Counted from the stretch's first letter, positions 48,689 to 57,792 are shown. The stretch: 64,000 nt of DNA from an uncultured Methanosarcinales archaeon (GCA_964455675.1 CAYVYK010000004.1:1-64000), one strand, 5' to 3'. Program-made: numbers and translations. The notes: a model not told the origin generated them from the letters alone.

Positions 48689-50154
48689 GGCTTCCACACG
48701 CGAGAGACGCGTTCTTCACCCTCGATCTTCTCAATGTACTCGCTAACATTCTTCGGAAGGATTTTCTTGAGGGACTGCGGAACCTTCCGGAGCTGCGACT
48801 CAAGATTTTTCGTGATATTCTCATATAGCGATGGATCGGAGTAAATAAGATTCTTCTTGATGCGGTGAAATGCGCGCGTACCCTCAAGTGCAAACACAAT
48901 ATATCCGCGCTTTCCCTTGATAAGAGGAGAATACGTATCCATTCCGCGGTACACAGCGGAGACATCAGCGAAATACACCCCGCCCATCTGGGCGTTGGGG
49001 TCGATAATAAGGAGCTCATCGTCCGAAATACCAAGGCACACCGAGTAGTGGGCTTTGAGAGCGGTTGGAAAGAGATATGACTTTTTGTAGTCAATCACAA
49101 CAAGCGCATCATCATGCAGCCAGGAACGAATCTCGGCACGAAGGCTCGAGATCTTGTCAACGGAAATCCATACGCCGGTCACCTTTCCACCCGTCAATTG
49201 CTGGACGACACGGATGAGACGTGTTGGGTGTGTTCCGCCTGGCTCTCCTTCCTTTGGGACGATTGTCTTTGCGGCGGCACCTATCTCCTCCTGCGAAATA
49301 TCAAAACCAAACATCTTCAATGCCATCGCAGCGGATGCCGGGCCGCAGTAACTTGGATGCTGCGCGACAAAGTTCTCCTTGATCTTGTCGAGCGTATCAA
49401 GTTCAGGATGGATGGACAAGTAACGGACTTCGCCATCAAAGAGTTTCTTATAAGGGATGAAAACAACGTACTTTTCCTTATTTTCCGCAATGATGCCAAC
49501 ATGACTTATGTCCTCGATGAAGAACTCTTCGCCTCCGTACATTATTCGCTCGCCCTCGCGAAACATACGCCTATACTGAAAGAAGATGCCATACCCAACA
49601 TTGCTGAAAAAATCCCGCATCACGTAGAACATGAAGAGAAGGAGGATCGCAAAAAGTGGAATAACAACGAACTCGATGAAAGGAATCGCAAACCTCACAC
49701 CCAGAAGGTGCAACCCCATCAAACCAAAGAGGACATAAAGCATAATCCTCAACACTACAATGGCTGACTTGAGCAACGGCTCGCCATCATGATCACGAAG
49801 CACCGTGATAAGACCGCTGGAATCCACAAATCGCATAACCATGATGACGACGAGTCTGACCGCTATGATGACGAGAAAAAACATCAAAACGTACGACAGG
49901 ACCGCGGGGAAAAAAGGATAGATGACACCAAGCGTTGGAGTCTTCCAAAGAAGGAGGCTGAGCGCGAGGATGATCGTTATCACATAGATGACAGAAGAAA
50001 AAACCCTCGGAGCCTGAAGATTCTCCAATGTTGCTCCATACTTCCTCCGCTGCATCGTCCGGATGATCCGAAAACCGATCTGAGCAATAATAATGCCACA
50101 GACAAGCACGAGGAGCACTGACAGTATCATCCAGGTCGTGAGACTAATGGCCAT
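48685..50154 (-). CDS. MscS-like membrane domain fused to a C39-like (papain-fold) cysteine peptidase
   Basis: TMs with RDFFSNVGYG..FREGERI..VVFIPY; QHPSYCGPASAAMAL, HYSVCLG, IIDPN. Confidence 0.75.
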   Translation of the reverse strand: MAISLTTWMILSVLLVLVCGIIIAQIGFRIIRTMQRRKYGATLENLQAPRVFSSVIYVITIILALSLLLWKTPTLGVIYPFFPAVLSYVLMFFLVIIAVRLVVIMVMRFVDSSGLITVLRDHDGEPLLKSAIVVLRIMLYVLFGLMGLHLLGVRFAIPFIEFVVIPLFAILLLFMFYVMRDFFSNVGYGIFFQYRRMFREGERIMYGGEEFFIEDISHVGIIAENKEKYVVFIPYKKLFDGEVRYLSIHPELDTLDKIKENFVAQHPSYCGPASAAMALKMFGFDISQEEIGAAAKTIVPKEGEPGGTHPTRLIRVVQQLTGGKVTGVWISVDKISSLRAEIRSWLHDDALVVIDYKKSYLFPTALKAHYSVCLGISDDELLIIDPNAQMGGVYFADVSAVYRGMDTYSPLIKGKRGYIVFALEGTRAFHRIKKNLIYSDPSLYENITKNLESQLRKVPQSLKKILPKNVSEYIEKIEGEERVSRVWKP

Positions 50155-50244
50155 TCATCCTCGTGCGGTTCTGACCCAATATAAAGTTTTCCCTGAAGCA
50201 GCCATCCAAAGCTATTAATAGGACCCTCACTTGTGAGGGCGGGC

Positions 50245-51384
50245 ATGGATCACGCAAAGAATGCCCTAAGGCTTCACAAAAAACATCAGGGAAAAATCGA
50301 GATGGCCGGAAAGGTGCATGTGCGATCACCTGAGGATCTCTCATGGGCGTATACTCCGGGAGTTGCCGCCGTATCCCGAGCAATCGCTGAAGACAAGACA
50401 AGAGTGTACGAGTACACAAACAAGGCAAATAGCGTCGCTGTGCTAACAGACGGATCAGCGGTTCTTGGCCTTGGTAATATCGGACCAGAAGCCGCGCTTC
50501 CGGTCATGGAAGGAAAAGCGCTACTCTTCAAGGAACTCGCAGGGATCGACGCGTTCCCCATATGTGTCAAGAGCCAAGACCCCCAGGATATTATCATGAT
50601 TGCTCGAAACATTGCGCCGGTATTTGGAGGAATCAATCTTGAAGATATCTCCGGGCCAAAATGCTTCGCCGTCGAAGAATCACTCCAGGACCTTGGTATT
50701 CCCGTCATGCATGACGACCAGCACGGAACAGCGGTTGTGGTTCTTGCGGCAAGTATGAACGCGCTTCAGATCGTTGGAAAGAAACTGGAAGAATCACGGA
50801 TTGTGATCAATGGCGCGGGCGCTGCAGGAACCGCAATATTCAGTTTGCTTCGGCAAGCTGGAGCAAAAAACATTGTCGTGTGCGATTCGCAAGGAGTCAT
50901 TCATCAGGCAAGAATAGACCTCACACATCAAAAGCAAGTCATTGCGAAAGTGACCGGCATGACAAATCCTGGAACACTTTCCGATGCGCTGAAGAACGCA
51001 GATATGTTCATTGGAGTTTCTGTTAAAGGAGCACTAACAAAGGAGATGGTATCGCTCATGGCAAAGGGGGCAATCATCCTTGCCATGGCAAATCCAGATC
51101 CAGAGATTCTGCCGGCGGACGCGATCGAGGCGGGAGCTGCGATCGTCGGGACCGGAAGGAGTGACTTTCCCAACCAGGTCAACAACGTTCTTGGATTTCC
51201 AGGGATATTCCGAGGAGCTCTCGACGCGCGTGCCACGCGAATTACGCTTGAAATGAAGCTTGCCGCGGCAGAAGCGATCGCAAAACTTGCGCCAGAAGGA
51301 AAAATTCTTCCCTCACCCCTCGATAGACAGGTTGTGCCAGCAGTTGCGAGCGCAGTCAAGCACGCTTGGCAATCCGGGAAATAG
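50245..51384 (+). CDS. NAD(P)-dependent malic enzyme
   Basis: AYTPGVA, TDGSAVLGLGNIG, NLEDI, HDDQHGT, GAGAAG, NQVNNVLGFPGIFRG. Confidence 0.95.
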   Translation: MDHAKNALRLHKKHQGKIEMAGKVHVRSPEDLSWAYTPGVAAVSRAIAEDKTRVYEYTNKANSVAVLTDGSAVLGLGNIGPEAALPVMEGKALLFKELAGIDAFPICVKSQDPQDIIMIARNIAPVFGGINLEDISGPKCFAVEESLQDLGIPVMHDDQHGTAVVVLAASMNALQIVGKKLEESRIVINGAGAAGTAIFSLLRQAGAKNIVVCDSQGVIHQARIDLTHQKQVIAKVTGMTNPGTLSDALKNADMFIGVSVKGALTKEMVSLMAKGAIILAMANPDPEILPADAIEAGAAIVGTGRSDFPNQVNNVLGFPGIFRGALDARATRITLEMKLAAAEAIAKLAPEGKILPSPLDRQVVPAVASAVKHAWQSGK

Positions 51385-51682
51385 CAGTCTTTGGTATGCA
51401 GTCATCGACGCTCTTGGCGTGGATGAATGGGTAGGCCTTGCACACTTCCGGTCGATCATCATAGATCCTGCAAGAATAACCTCCGATAATATTTTTAGAA
51501 AGGAAGATACACCATCCCTTATTGTCTGTCTTCAGATACAGATGGGGCGTTTTTCCACTCGGATCCGACTGAACAAAATTTGATTGCTTCTTCGCAATAC
51601 GGCGGATGTCCTCAAGGGTAACTTTCGTCAAGACCTTGCAACATGCCCCGCACCTCGCACATGAAAAATTGTTCCGGTCCAT
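51356..51682 (-). CDS. YkgJ-family (CxxCxxCC) cysteine cluster protein
   Basis: CARCGACC, CIFL, CRIYDDRPEVCKAYPF. Confidence 0.9.
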   Translation of the reverse strand: MDRNNFSCARCGACCKVLTKVTLEDIRRIAKKQSNFVQSDPSGKTPHLYLKTDNKGWCIFLSKNIIGGYSCRIYDDRPEVCKAYPFIHAKSVDDCIPKTAISRIAKRA

Positions 51683-51750
51683 CCCATTTTATGGCCAGCC
51701 ACCCCTTAAAATACCTAACGTTTATTAGCTTTGAAAGCTCAAAGAGACTC

Positions 51751-52038
51751 ATGGACTTCTGCGCGACCCTCGATGACGTATTTGTTGAAGAGGAACGCGC
51801 TGAAATACGAATACTTGTGCAGCGGGCGATGCTAGGCAGTAGCCAAGCAAACAGACAACGAGCGTTACTGGCCCTTTCGCAAAAGTACCCTTCAATAAGG
51901 CGAGGATACATGGGGGACAACATCATCTTCATCCGAGTTGAAGAGGAGGGGTATAAGGGGCCGGTTATCGTGGCGGATCTGCCAAGGAAATTCATCAATC
52001 AACCTGACTGGATTCACTACTTCAACCAAAACCTTTAA
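51751..52038 (+). CDS. Hypothetical protein
   Basis: 95-aa ORF with ATG about 28 nt after a TTTATTA box. Confidence 0.45.
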   Translation: MDFCATLDDVFVEEERAEIRILVQRAMLGSSQANRQRALLALSQKYPSIRRGYMGDNIIFIRVEEEGYKGPVIVADLPRKFINQPDWIHYFNQNL

Positions 52039-52063
52039 AAACACCCACCAAATCCTTCGTGGT

Positions 52064-52591
52064 ATGGCAAAAACACGGAAGGGCATCGCATATCGGGCTC
52101 TCGAGCGAGCATTCACCCGCAAGAGCAAGTACAAGCAGATGAATTATATTCGTTCATCCCCACCAAGCCACCTTATCGCCCATGACATGGGAAACCTTCA
52201 TAAAAAGTTCCCCTTCAAGATTAATGTAATCTCGCGAGGCAATGTGCAAATACGAGATAGGGCCCTTGAAAGCGCGCGCCAGACAGCGAACAGACTAATG
52301 GAGAAGAAGGCTGGCAAAGGCATGTTTCACCTGAAGGTGAACAAGTATCCTCATCATGTTCTACGAGAAAATCCGCTTGCAAGCGGCGCAGGAGCAGATC
52401 GCATGAGCACAGGAATGCAGAAAGCGTACGGAAAGAGCATTGGCATCGCTGCTAGAGTATTTGATGGCGATGTGCTTTTCCAGATATCATGCGATAAGGC
52501 ACATGTCGCCACAGCGAAGGAAGCAGCGAAACGCATTTCGCACAAACTGCCATGCAAAACGATCACGAACGTTGAGGCGTTGAAGGCGTGA
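52064..52591 (+). CDS. rpl10e: 50S ribosomal protein uL16 (L10e)
   Basis: QIRDRALESAR, YPHHVLREN..GAGADRMSTGM, KLPC. Confidence 0.95.
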   Translation: MAKTRKGIAYRALERAFTRKSKYKQMNYIRSSPPSHLIAHDMGNLHKKFPFKINVISRGNVQIRDRALESARQTANRLMEKKAGKGMFHLKVNKYPHHVLRENPLASGAGADRMSTGMQKAYGKSIGIAARVFDGDVLFQISCDKAHVATAKEAAKRISHKLPCKTITNVEALKA

Positions 52592-53631
52592 CCGAAATAC
52601 TCGCATACATCCAATCCAACCCCATCGCCCAAGGACTCATATTCTTTCTCTTCAGTCTCGTTGCCATACGGATTCTCGCATGGTTTGTCAAAGTTTGGGT
52701 AGTCGCGATTGTCAAGAACACAAAAACCGATGTGGATGACATCCTCCTTGACAAACTCCAGACGCCAGTCATCTATTTCCTGATTCTGGCGTCGGCAAAA
52801 GCCACGATCCGCATCATGCACCTGCATGACACGACGATCGGAATATCCGACAAGATCCTCCATTCACTCATGATCCTCGTTGCGGCGTACATCGTGATCT
52901 CAGTAGCCGATGTATCGCTTCGCGTATGGGTTTGCAGATTTGCTGAAAAGACAAGATCACGAAAGGACGAGGAAGTGCTCAGGTTATTCCATCGGGTCAT
53001 CGCGATCGTCGGATATATCCTTGCCATCCTCTTCATCCTCCAGTACTGGGGAATATCAGTTGGTCCGCTCTTTGCAAGCCTTGGTATCGCTGGAATCGCG
53101 ATCGCATTCGCGCTGCAGGATTCACTTGGAAATATCCTTGGAGGAATACAGCTCATCCTTGATGATGTCATCAGAAAGGGCGACGTGCTCAAATTAGAAG
53201 ATGGAACGGAAGGAAAGGTCATCAATGTCGGAATAAGGACGACACGAATCGAGAGCTTCAACCACGAGGAAATCATCGTACCGAACAAACAACTCGCGAA
53301 CGAAAAGATCATTAACTACAATAAACCAGATGACAAGATACGAATTGAAATCCCATTCGGCGTAGAATACGGATCGGATCCCGACAAAGTCATGAAGGTT
53401 GCAGTAGACAGCCTCAAAGGCATAAAGGAAGTATTGGACGATCCAGCACCCCACTGCCAGTTCGTGACGATGGGAGAATCATCACTCAATTTCACATTGA
53501 AGTTCTGGCTGCCAAAGTATGATCTGAAGTATGATCGAAAACGAGAGGAAGTCAGGCTCCTCTACAAGGCGCTCAATAAGAACAAGATTGGAATACCATT
53601 CCCGACACGCACGGTATATCTTAAGAAGTAG
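52588..53631 (+). CDS. mscS: MscS small-conductance mechanosensitive channel
   Basis: LGIAGIAIAFALQDSLGNILGG, VGIRTTRI, VPNK, GVEYGSD, IGIPFPT. Confidence 0.92.
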   Translation: MTEILAYIQSNPIAQGLIFFLFSLVAIRILAWFVKVWVVAIVKNTKTDVDDILLDKLQTPVIYFLILASAKATIRIMHLHDTTIGISDKILHSLMILVAAYIVISVADVSLRVWVCRFAEKTRSRKDEEVLRLFHRVIAIVGYILAILFILQYWGISVGPLFASLGIAGIAIAFALQDSLGNILGGIQLILDDVIRKGDVLKLEDGTEGKVINVGIRTTRIESFNHEEIIVPNKQLANEKIINYNKPDDKIRIEIPFGVEYGSDPDKVMKVAVDSLKGIKEVLDDPAPHCQFVTMGESSLNFTLKFWLPKYDLKYDRKREEVRLLYKALNKNKIGIPFPTRTVYLKK

Positions 53632-54877
53632 GTTTCTCGACGAACGCGAATGCGTTTGTGCCGTCAGACTTGACATGCAACAAGTCACCTGTCTTCACAA
53701 CATTCAGGAATGATCTTGGATTTGTATGACTCTCCTGAGCGCCAATTCCGATAATCTCAAGATCGCGAGCGACCGTCATCGCGTGCGAAAGCGCGTCCTC
53801 CTCCATACAGGTGATGATCGCACGTTTGTTCCTCGTCACGGCGTCCATATCCACTAGTGACTTGTCAAGTTTGTCGCACAGGAGCACGTACTCAGGAAAC
53901 AGTTGGTCTCCCATGCTCCATATCAATCTAAGAACCTTGTCTAGATCACGACGTGCCATCACGCCCATTCTGTATAGTTTATAGGAAGTCTGCAAATTTC
54001 CCATCGTTTCAGACACTTGACCATGTTTATCTTGAAAGAATGCAGGAGGCAATAGGCCAAGACCTACCGAACTACAAGTCACAAAAGCTGGCAGGACAAT
54101 ATCGCCAGGAATGTCGTTACAGACACCAGCCCTCAGGACAACAGCTCCCTCTGGAGTGTCAAGAGTACTATCGGTGTTCTTGTTTGGAACTTTTGGAAGA
54201 GCACGTATCTGCAGAAGATAGGGCAGCTCACCCCCGCGAACTGTATATTCCACCTGCACAACTCCTTGAAGATTCAAGGCGCCACGCGCCTGATGAGCGG
54301 CAACAACAGCATTCTGAATGTGGCCCTCAGTCAAGAATTTATGAGTATCATACTCCTCCCAGAACTTCGCTTTTTCAAGAAGGTAGGAATAGTCAATAGG
54401 TCTCCTACCCTCACGAGCGAGTTGCACCCGATTCCCCTGCAGTTGTATCGTTCCCGGCTCTTCCCCCTCGACTTGCTCCTGAATAATAATCGGCATTCTC
54501 GGTTCGTAAGGCACCTGCATACGCTTGGCATACGCAGTTGCCCTCGGATCATGTGCAGACTCCCTTACACGATTGATCGCCAAAAGAACATCATCAAGTG
54601 AAGAAAGGCCAGGAACGCTTTGGAACATTCCGGCAAAGCTCGCGCGCTCACCGTCCTCAAATGGGGAACTTGAACGTACAATGATCGGCCTCTTCAGCTG
54701 AGCAACGACGGAATCAATACCCTCGGATTGCCCATCCGGCAGTATAAAAAAGTCCGGAACGATAAATGTGCCAAGAGCCCGCGACGCATGATAGAGACGC
54801 ATCAGGTTATACCCCTTGCCGCCAAGGTCTTCCCTTGAGTACTTCCCCGGATCGTCGCTGCAATGGATGAGCTTCAT
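53621..54877 (-). CDS. Compact PEP-synthase/dikinase-like phosphotransferase (ATP-grasp plus His swivel domain)
   Basis: GGKGYNL, VRSSSPFEDG..SFAGMF, IIQEQV, LLQIR; C-terminal SHAMTVARDL. Confidence 0.75.
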   Translation of the reverse strand: MKLIHCSDDPGKYSREDLGGKGYNLMRLYHASRALGTFIVPDFFILPDGQSEGIDSVVAQLKRPIIVRSSSPFEDGERASFAGMFQSVPGLSSLDDVLLAINRVRESAHDPRATAYAKRMQVPYEPRMPIIIQEQVEGEEPGTIQLQGNRVQLAREGRRPIDYSYLLEKAKFWEEYDTHKFLTEGHIQNAVVAAHQARGALNLQGVVQVEYTVRGGELPYLLQIRALPKVPNKNTDSTLDTPEGAVVLRAGVCNDIPGDIVLPAFVTCSSVGLGLLPPAFFQDKHGQVSETMGNLQTSYKLYRMGVMARRDLDKVLRLIWSMGDQLFPEYVLLCDKLDKSLVDMDAVTRNKRAIITCMEEDALSHAMTVARDLEIIGIGAQESHTNPRSFLNVVKTGDLLHVKSDGTNAFAFVEKPTS

Positions 54878-54923
54878 ATCCTACGAGAATGATAAGGGAT
54901 TTATATGATTAATCCCTGTATCG

Positions 54924-55913
54924 CTATTCGGGTTGCTTACGATCCTTGAAAAGCAATCTTAGGTTGGCTCTGCACATTTTCACGACTGTCGGATATTGCT
55001 GGAATAGCAGTTCCCTTCCTTCCCTTGCATCTTGCGGAATAACTCCATGGCTAAAGTCATGATACCGGTTCAAGCAATATAGAAGCATTCTCGCATAATA
55101 GAAGGGAGACTTCTGTAGCGTGCGTTCTCGAATCCTGTGATCAGTGGAAATCTTGAGATACACATTCCAAAACGCTTCGATCTCGGAACTCGTCAGCGTC
55201 TTTTTCCAGTCCCACCAATTGAATATGTCAGCGGTAAACGCCCAGCAATCAAAGGCAGGATCTCCAATTGTGGGTCGTTGCCAGTCAATCATTATCGCTG
55301 GATTACCGACGAAATTGCTCGGAACTGGGTCAGTATGGACAATAGTCCTTTTGAAGTCATCGACACTGCTACTCGCATCTGTTAGCAGGACAAGGTATTC
55401 CTTCATTGCGTTTATCAGTTGTTGATCCGTGTCCTTTTTCTTCATATATACCTGCAGCATTCTATCGGATTCCTGTAAAAGACTCATCGCAGACTCTTCT
55501 CCATGATCCAAAAAAGAAGCTTCGTTCGTTGGAATTGCGTGCAATGTCCCCAGGATTTCCCCAACGCGCTCAGCCGATGCTTCTGAAGGCGTCAATTGTT
55601 CTCCCTCTATATACTTGTAGACAGTAATGGCGGGTTGTGCTTCTTTCTTTGGGATGAACAGCACAGGTTCGGGAGCGATGTGATAGGGCATGAGTATCTG
55701 AAGAGTCTTGTACTCCTGAAGCGGATCATTCCCTCCAAACGTCTCAAATTTATGAGTATATGGATACACTTTAAAGACGAACTTGCAGTTTCCGACCTGC
55801 ACAAGATAATTTGAATTCCACGCGCCACGCGGTAGCGGTGTTATATTCGGGACTGCAACGCCAAAAATACTCGAATGCTGATTTATGATCGATTTAATCA
55901 ACTCGTTGTGCAT
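54924..55913 (-). CDS. Aminoglycoside-phosphotransferase/choline-kinase-like kinase
   Basis: GAWNSNY, FVFK, LHAI, HTDPVPSN, IDWQ, GDPAFD. Confidence 0.85.
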   Translation of the reverse strand: MHNELIKSIINQHSSIFGVAVPNITPLPRGAWNSNYLVQVGNCKFVFKVYPYTHKFETFGGNDPLQEYKTLQILMPYHIAPEPVLFIPKKEAQPAITVYKYIEGEQLTPSEASAERVGEILGTLHAIPTNEASFLDHGEESAMSLLQESDRMLQVYMKKKDTDQQLINAMKEYLVLLTDASSSVDDFKRTIVHTDPVPSNFVGNPAIMIDWQRPTIGDPAFDCWAFTADIFNWWDWKKTLTSSEIEAFWNVYLKISTDHRIRERTLQKSPFYYARMLLYCLNRYHDFSHGVIPQDAREGRELLFQQYPTVVKMCRANLRLLFKDRKQPE

Positions 55914-56514
55914 CGAACACAAACCTCGCGACGTGAATTCCTTGATCCTTGGGAACAACTTGAAGGTGAGCAACTCCACAATTCGGCAATGGGTGATATG
56001 TTTCTGGGCTAATTTGTTCTCCTAGAAGTATATTAAGATGATAGCTAATCGTCCATTGGCATGACACAAGGGCAATAGCACCGTCCGTGTGCGTTCTTAC
56101 TACGTGGTCTATCATAGCTTGTGCTCGGTGCTCTATATCCTTCAAAGATTCCGCAGTTGCAAAGATTCCTTCCTGATCTGTTGCGTATAACGTTGCTAGC
56201 TGATCAGGGGTGATTCCTACTCCATTTTGCGTTTTTCCCTCGAGAGTACCATATCCCCTCTCTCTCAATCTTTCGTCGAGAATGATTACGGGATGGTTGT
56301 GATTCGCATCACGAATTGCATTTGCCACATATTCGGCTCTCTTCACATTAGCCGAATACACAGCAGAAAACGGGATTCCACCCAATCGCTGCGCGATCAC
56401 TCTAGATTGGCGTTCTCCTTCCCTTGAAGGAATTCCACCTATCGATCTCCCTTGAATGATACCTAAAAGATTCTCAATGGTTTCGCAATGCCGTACATAA
56501 AACAGATCTAACAT
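55894..56514 (-). CDS. Histidine phosphatase family protein (atypical active site)
   Basis: FYVRHCET, LRERGYG.LEG, AES; VSCQWTI in place of the usual VSHGGTI. Confidence 0.82.
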   Translation of the reverse strand: MLDLFYVRHCETIENLLGIIQGRSIGGIPSREGERQSRVIAQRLGGIPFSAVYSANVKRAEYVANAIRDANHNHPVIILDERLRERGYGTLEGKTQNGVGITPDQLATLYATDQEGIFATAESLKDIEHRAQAMIDHVVRTHTDGAIALVSCQWTISYHLNILLGEQISPETYHPLPNCGVAHLQVVPKDQGIHVARFVFDAQRVD

Positions 56515-56585
56515 GTCATTTGGATGCCGTGCATAATTTTTAAACCTATCCCCGCCTAACTATTTTAGGATGACGATAGAAAATA

Positions 56586-56701
56586 ATGGGCCCGCCCGGA
56601 TTGGCAACCAAACCCTTTCTTCGCTCGCCCTAAAGGCTCGCAAGAAAGCGTTTGACCGGAAAGAAACGGCTTCGCCTAAAAGAAATGGGCCCGCCCGGAT
56701 T
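56586..56701. repeat. 18-bp direct repeat of the tRNA-Val 3' end (56586-56603 and 56684-56701) enclosing a hairpin
   Basis: AATGGGCCCGCCCGGATT occurs twice, 98 bp apart. Confidence 0.85.
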
Positions 56702-56760
56702 CGAACCGGGGACCTACTCCGTGTAAGGGAGTCGTCATAACCGGGCTAGACCACAGGCCC
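56686..56760 (-). tRNA. tRNA-Val(UAC)
   Basis: GGGCCTG acceptor 5' strand, CTCC-CT-TAC-AC-GGAG anticodon arm, GGTTCGAATCC T-loop, 75 nt; TTTAAA box upstream. Confidence 0.95.
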
Positions 56761-56833
56761 AATACTAATCCGTTGGCACGTTTCCTTTTTTAAATGTGTG
56801 GTAAAAAAATGAAGGATAAAAAAAATTATAATA

Positions 56834-57058
56834 GCGGGGAATACTGGACACCTGCCGTTCAGATACACTGAAGGTTCCCCAGCCCCTTCTGGAATTGATC
56901 GCGTGACGGCCTACAGTCAGCAAATAATTCTGATCCTGCAACCGTAGTTGCCCTGTCCGTTGATCATTGAGAAGAGCGGACAGGGCTCGCCGTCAGGCCG
57001 TAATAATTTTTTCAAGATTATTTCTTCTCGGACAGGGCTCGCCGAAGGCTCGTAATAA
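56834..57058. ncRNA. Candidate structured non-coding element of unknown class
   Basis: GC-rich island between AT tracts; stems GGGGAA/TTCCCC, TGACGGC/GCCGTCA, GCCCTGTCCG/CGGACAGGGC; minus-strand GCAAC-UACG-GUUGC; 30-bp imperfect direct repeat. Confidence 0.4.
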
Positions 57059-57086
57059 ATCGTTTTTTTTCTGTTTGCACTGACCC

Positions 57087-57749
57087 TTACTCATAAAAGG
57101 TAATCTTACCGTCCTGATAGATGCCTTTCCTCAACTTCACAGGCCGCCAATCGTCGATGACAAGCTCCGCTCCAAGCCAGTCCGCGAGCTGCTTTGGATT
57201 ACCGATGGTCGCGGAAAGCCCGATAATGTGGATGTCCTTCAGTATCTTTCTCAAGAGGGTGATAAGGATTTCAAGAACAGGGCCTCGACCAGAATCATTC
57301 AACAAGTGAATTTCGTCAATAATCACCGTACCGACGTGCCGAAGCCAGGGCGCTTCGTGACGGATCAGGCTGTCGAGCTTTTCCGCCGTGCAGATAATGA
57401 GGTCATAATTCATCAGGTATTCGTCAGAAGAATCAAGGTCTCCGATTGACAGGGCCACCCGGATGAGGTGACCCCACTTGCGCTTGAACTCGCGATGCTT
57501 CTCTGTCGCCAGCGCTTTAAGGGGGACGATGTAAACAGCCTTACCGTGCTTGTTTTTGATCGAATGGAGAAAGGCAAGCTCTGCGACAAACGTCTTTCCT
57601 GACGCCGTTGGCGTGCAGACGAGGAGATTCTTTCGGTCAAGAAGTCCCGCATCAAGCGCTTTCATCTGGGCTGGACGGAGTTCCTTTATACCTTCCTTAT
57701 CCATGACCTCCTTGATTTCGGCGCCGATCGATGCTTCAATGCGATGCAT
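57087..57749 (-). CDS. Hel308/Ski2-like SF2 helicase, N-terminal RecA1 domain only (220 aa)
   Basis: PTASGKT, VPLKALA, TAEKLDSL, DEIH, GLSAT, WRPVKL then stop. Confidence 0.85.
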   Translation of the reverse strand: MHRIEASIGAEIKEVMDKEGIKELRPAQMKALDAGLLDRKNLLVCTPTASGKTFVAELAFLHSIKNKHGKAVYIVPLKALATEKHREFKRKWGHLIRVALSIGDLDSSDEYLMNYDLIICTAEKLDSLIRHEAPWLRHVGTVIIDEIHLLNDSGRGPVLEILITLLRKILKDIHIIGLSATIGNPKQLADWLGAELVIDDWRPVKLRKGIYQDGKITFYE

Positions 57750-57792
57750 GGAGCAAGAAGTAGATAATGAATATAAAAAAAGATAGGGTCTC

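Noticed and set aside
53621..56760. Provirus or integrative element at tRNA-Val
   Set aside because: The att-like repeats are only 98 bp apart and there are no integrase or viral genes
56977..57058. Possible CRISPR mini-array
   Set aside because: Only two diverged copies with a 22-nt spacer and no cas genes
56834..57058. SRP RNA, RNase P RNA, 5S rRNA, group I/II intron or hammerhead ribozyme
   Set aside because: Conserved cores (SRP helix 8, RNase P CR-I/CR-V, P7, domain V, CUGANGA/GAAA) not found by eye
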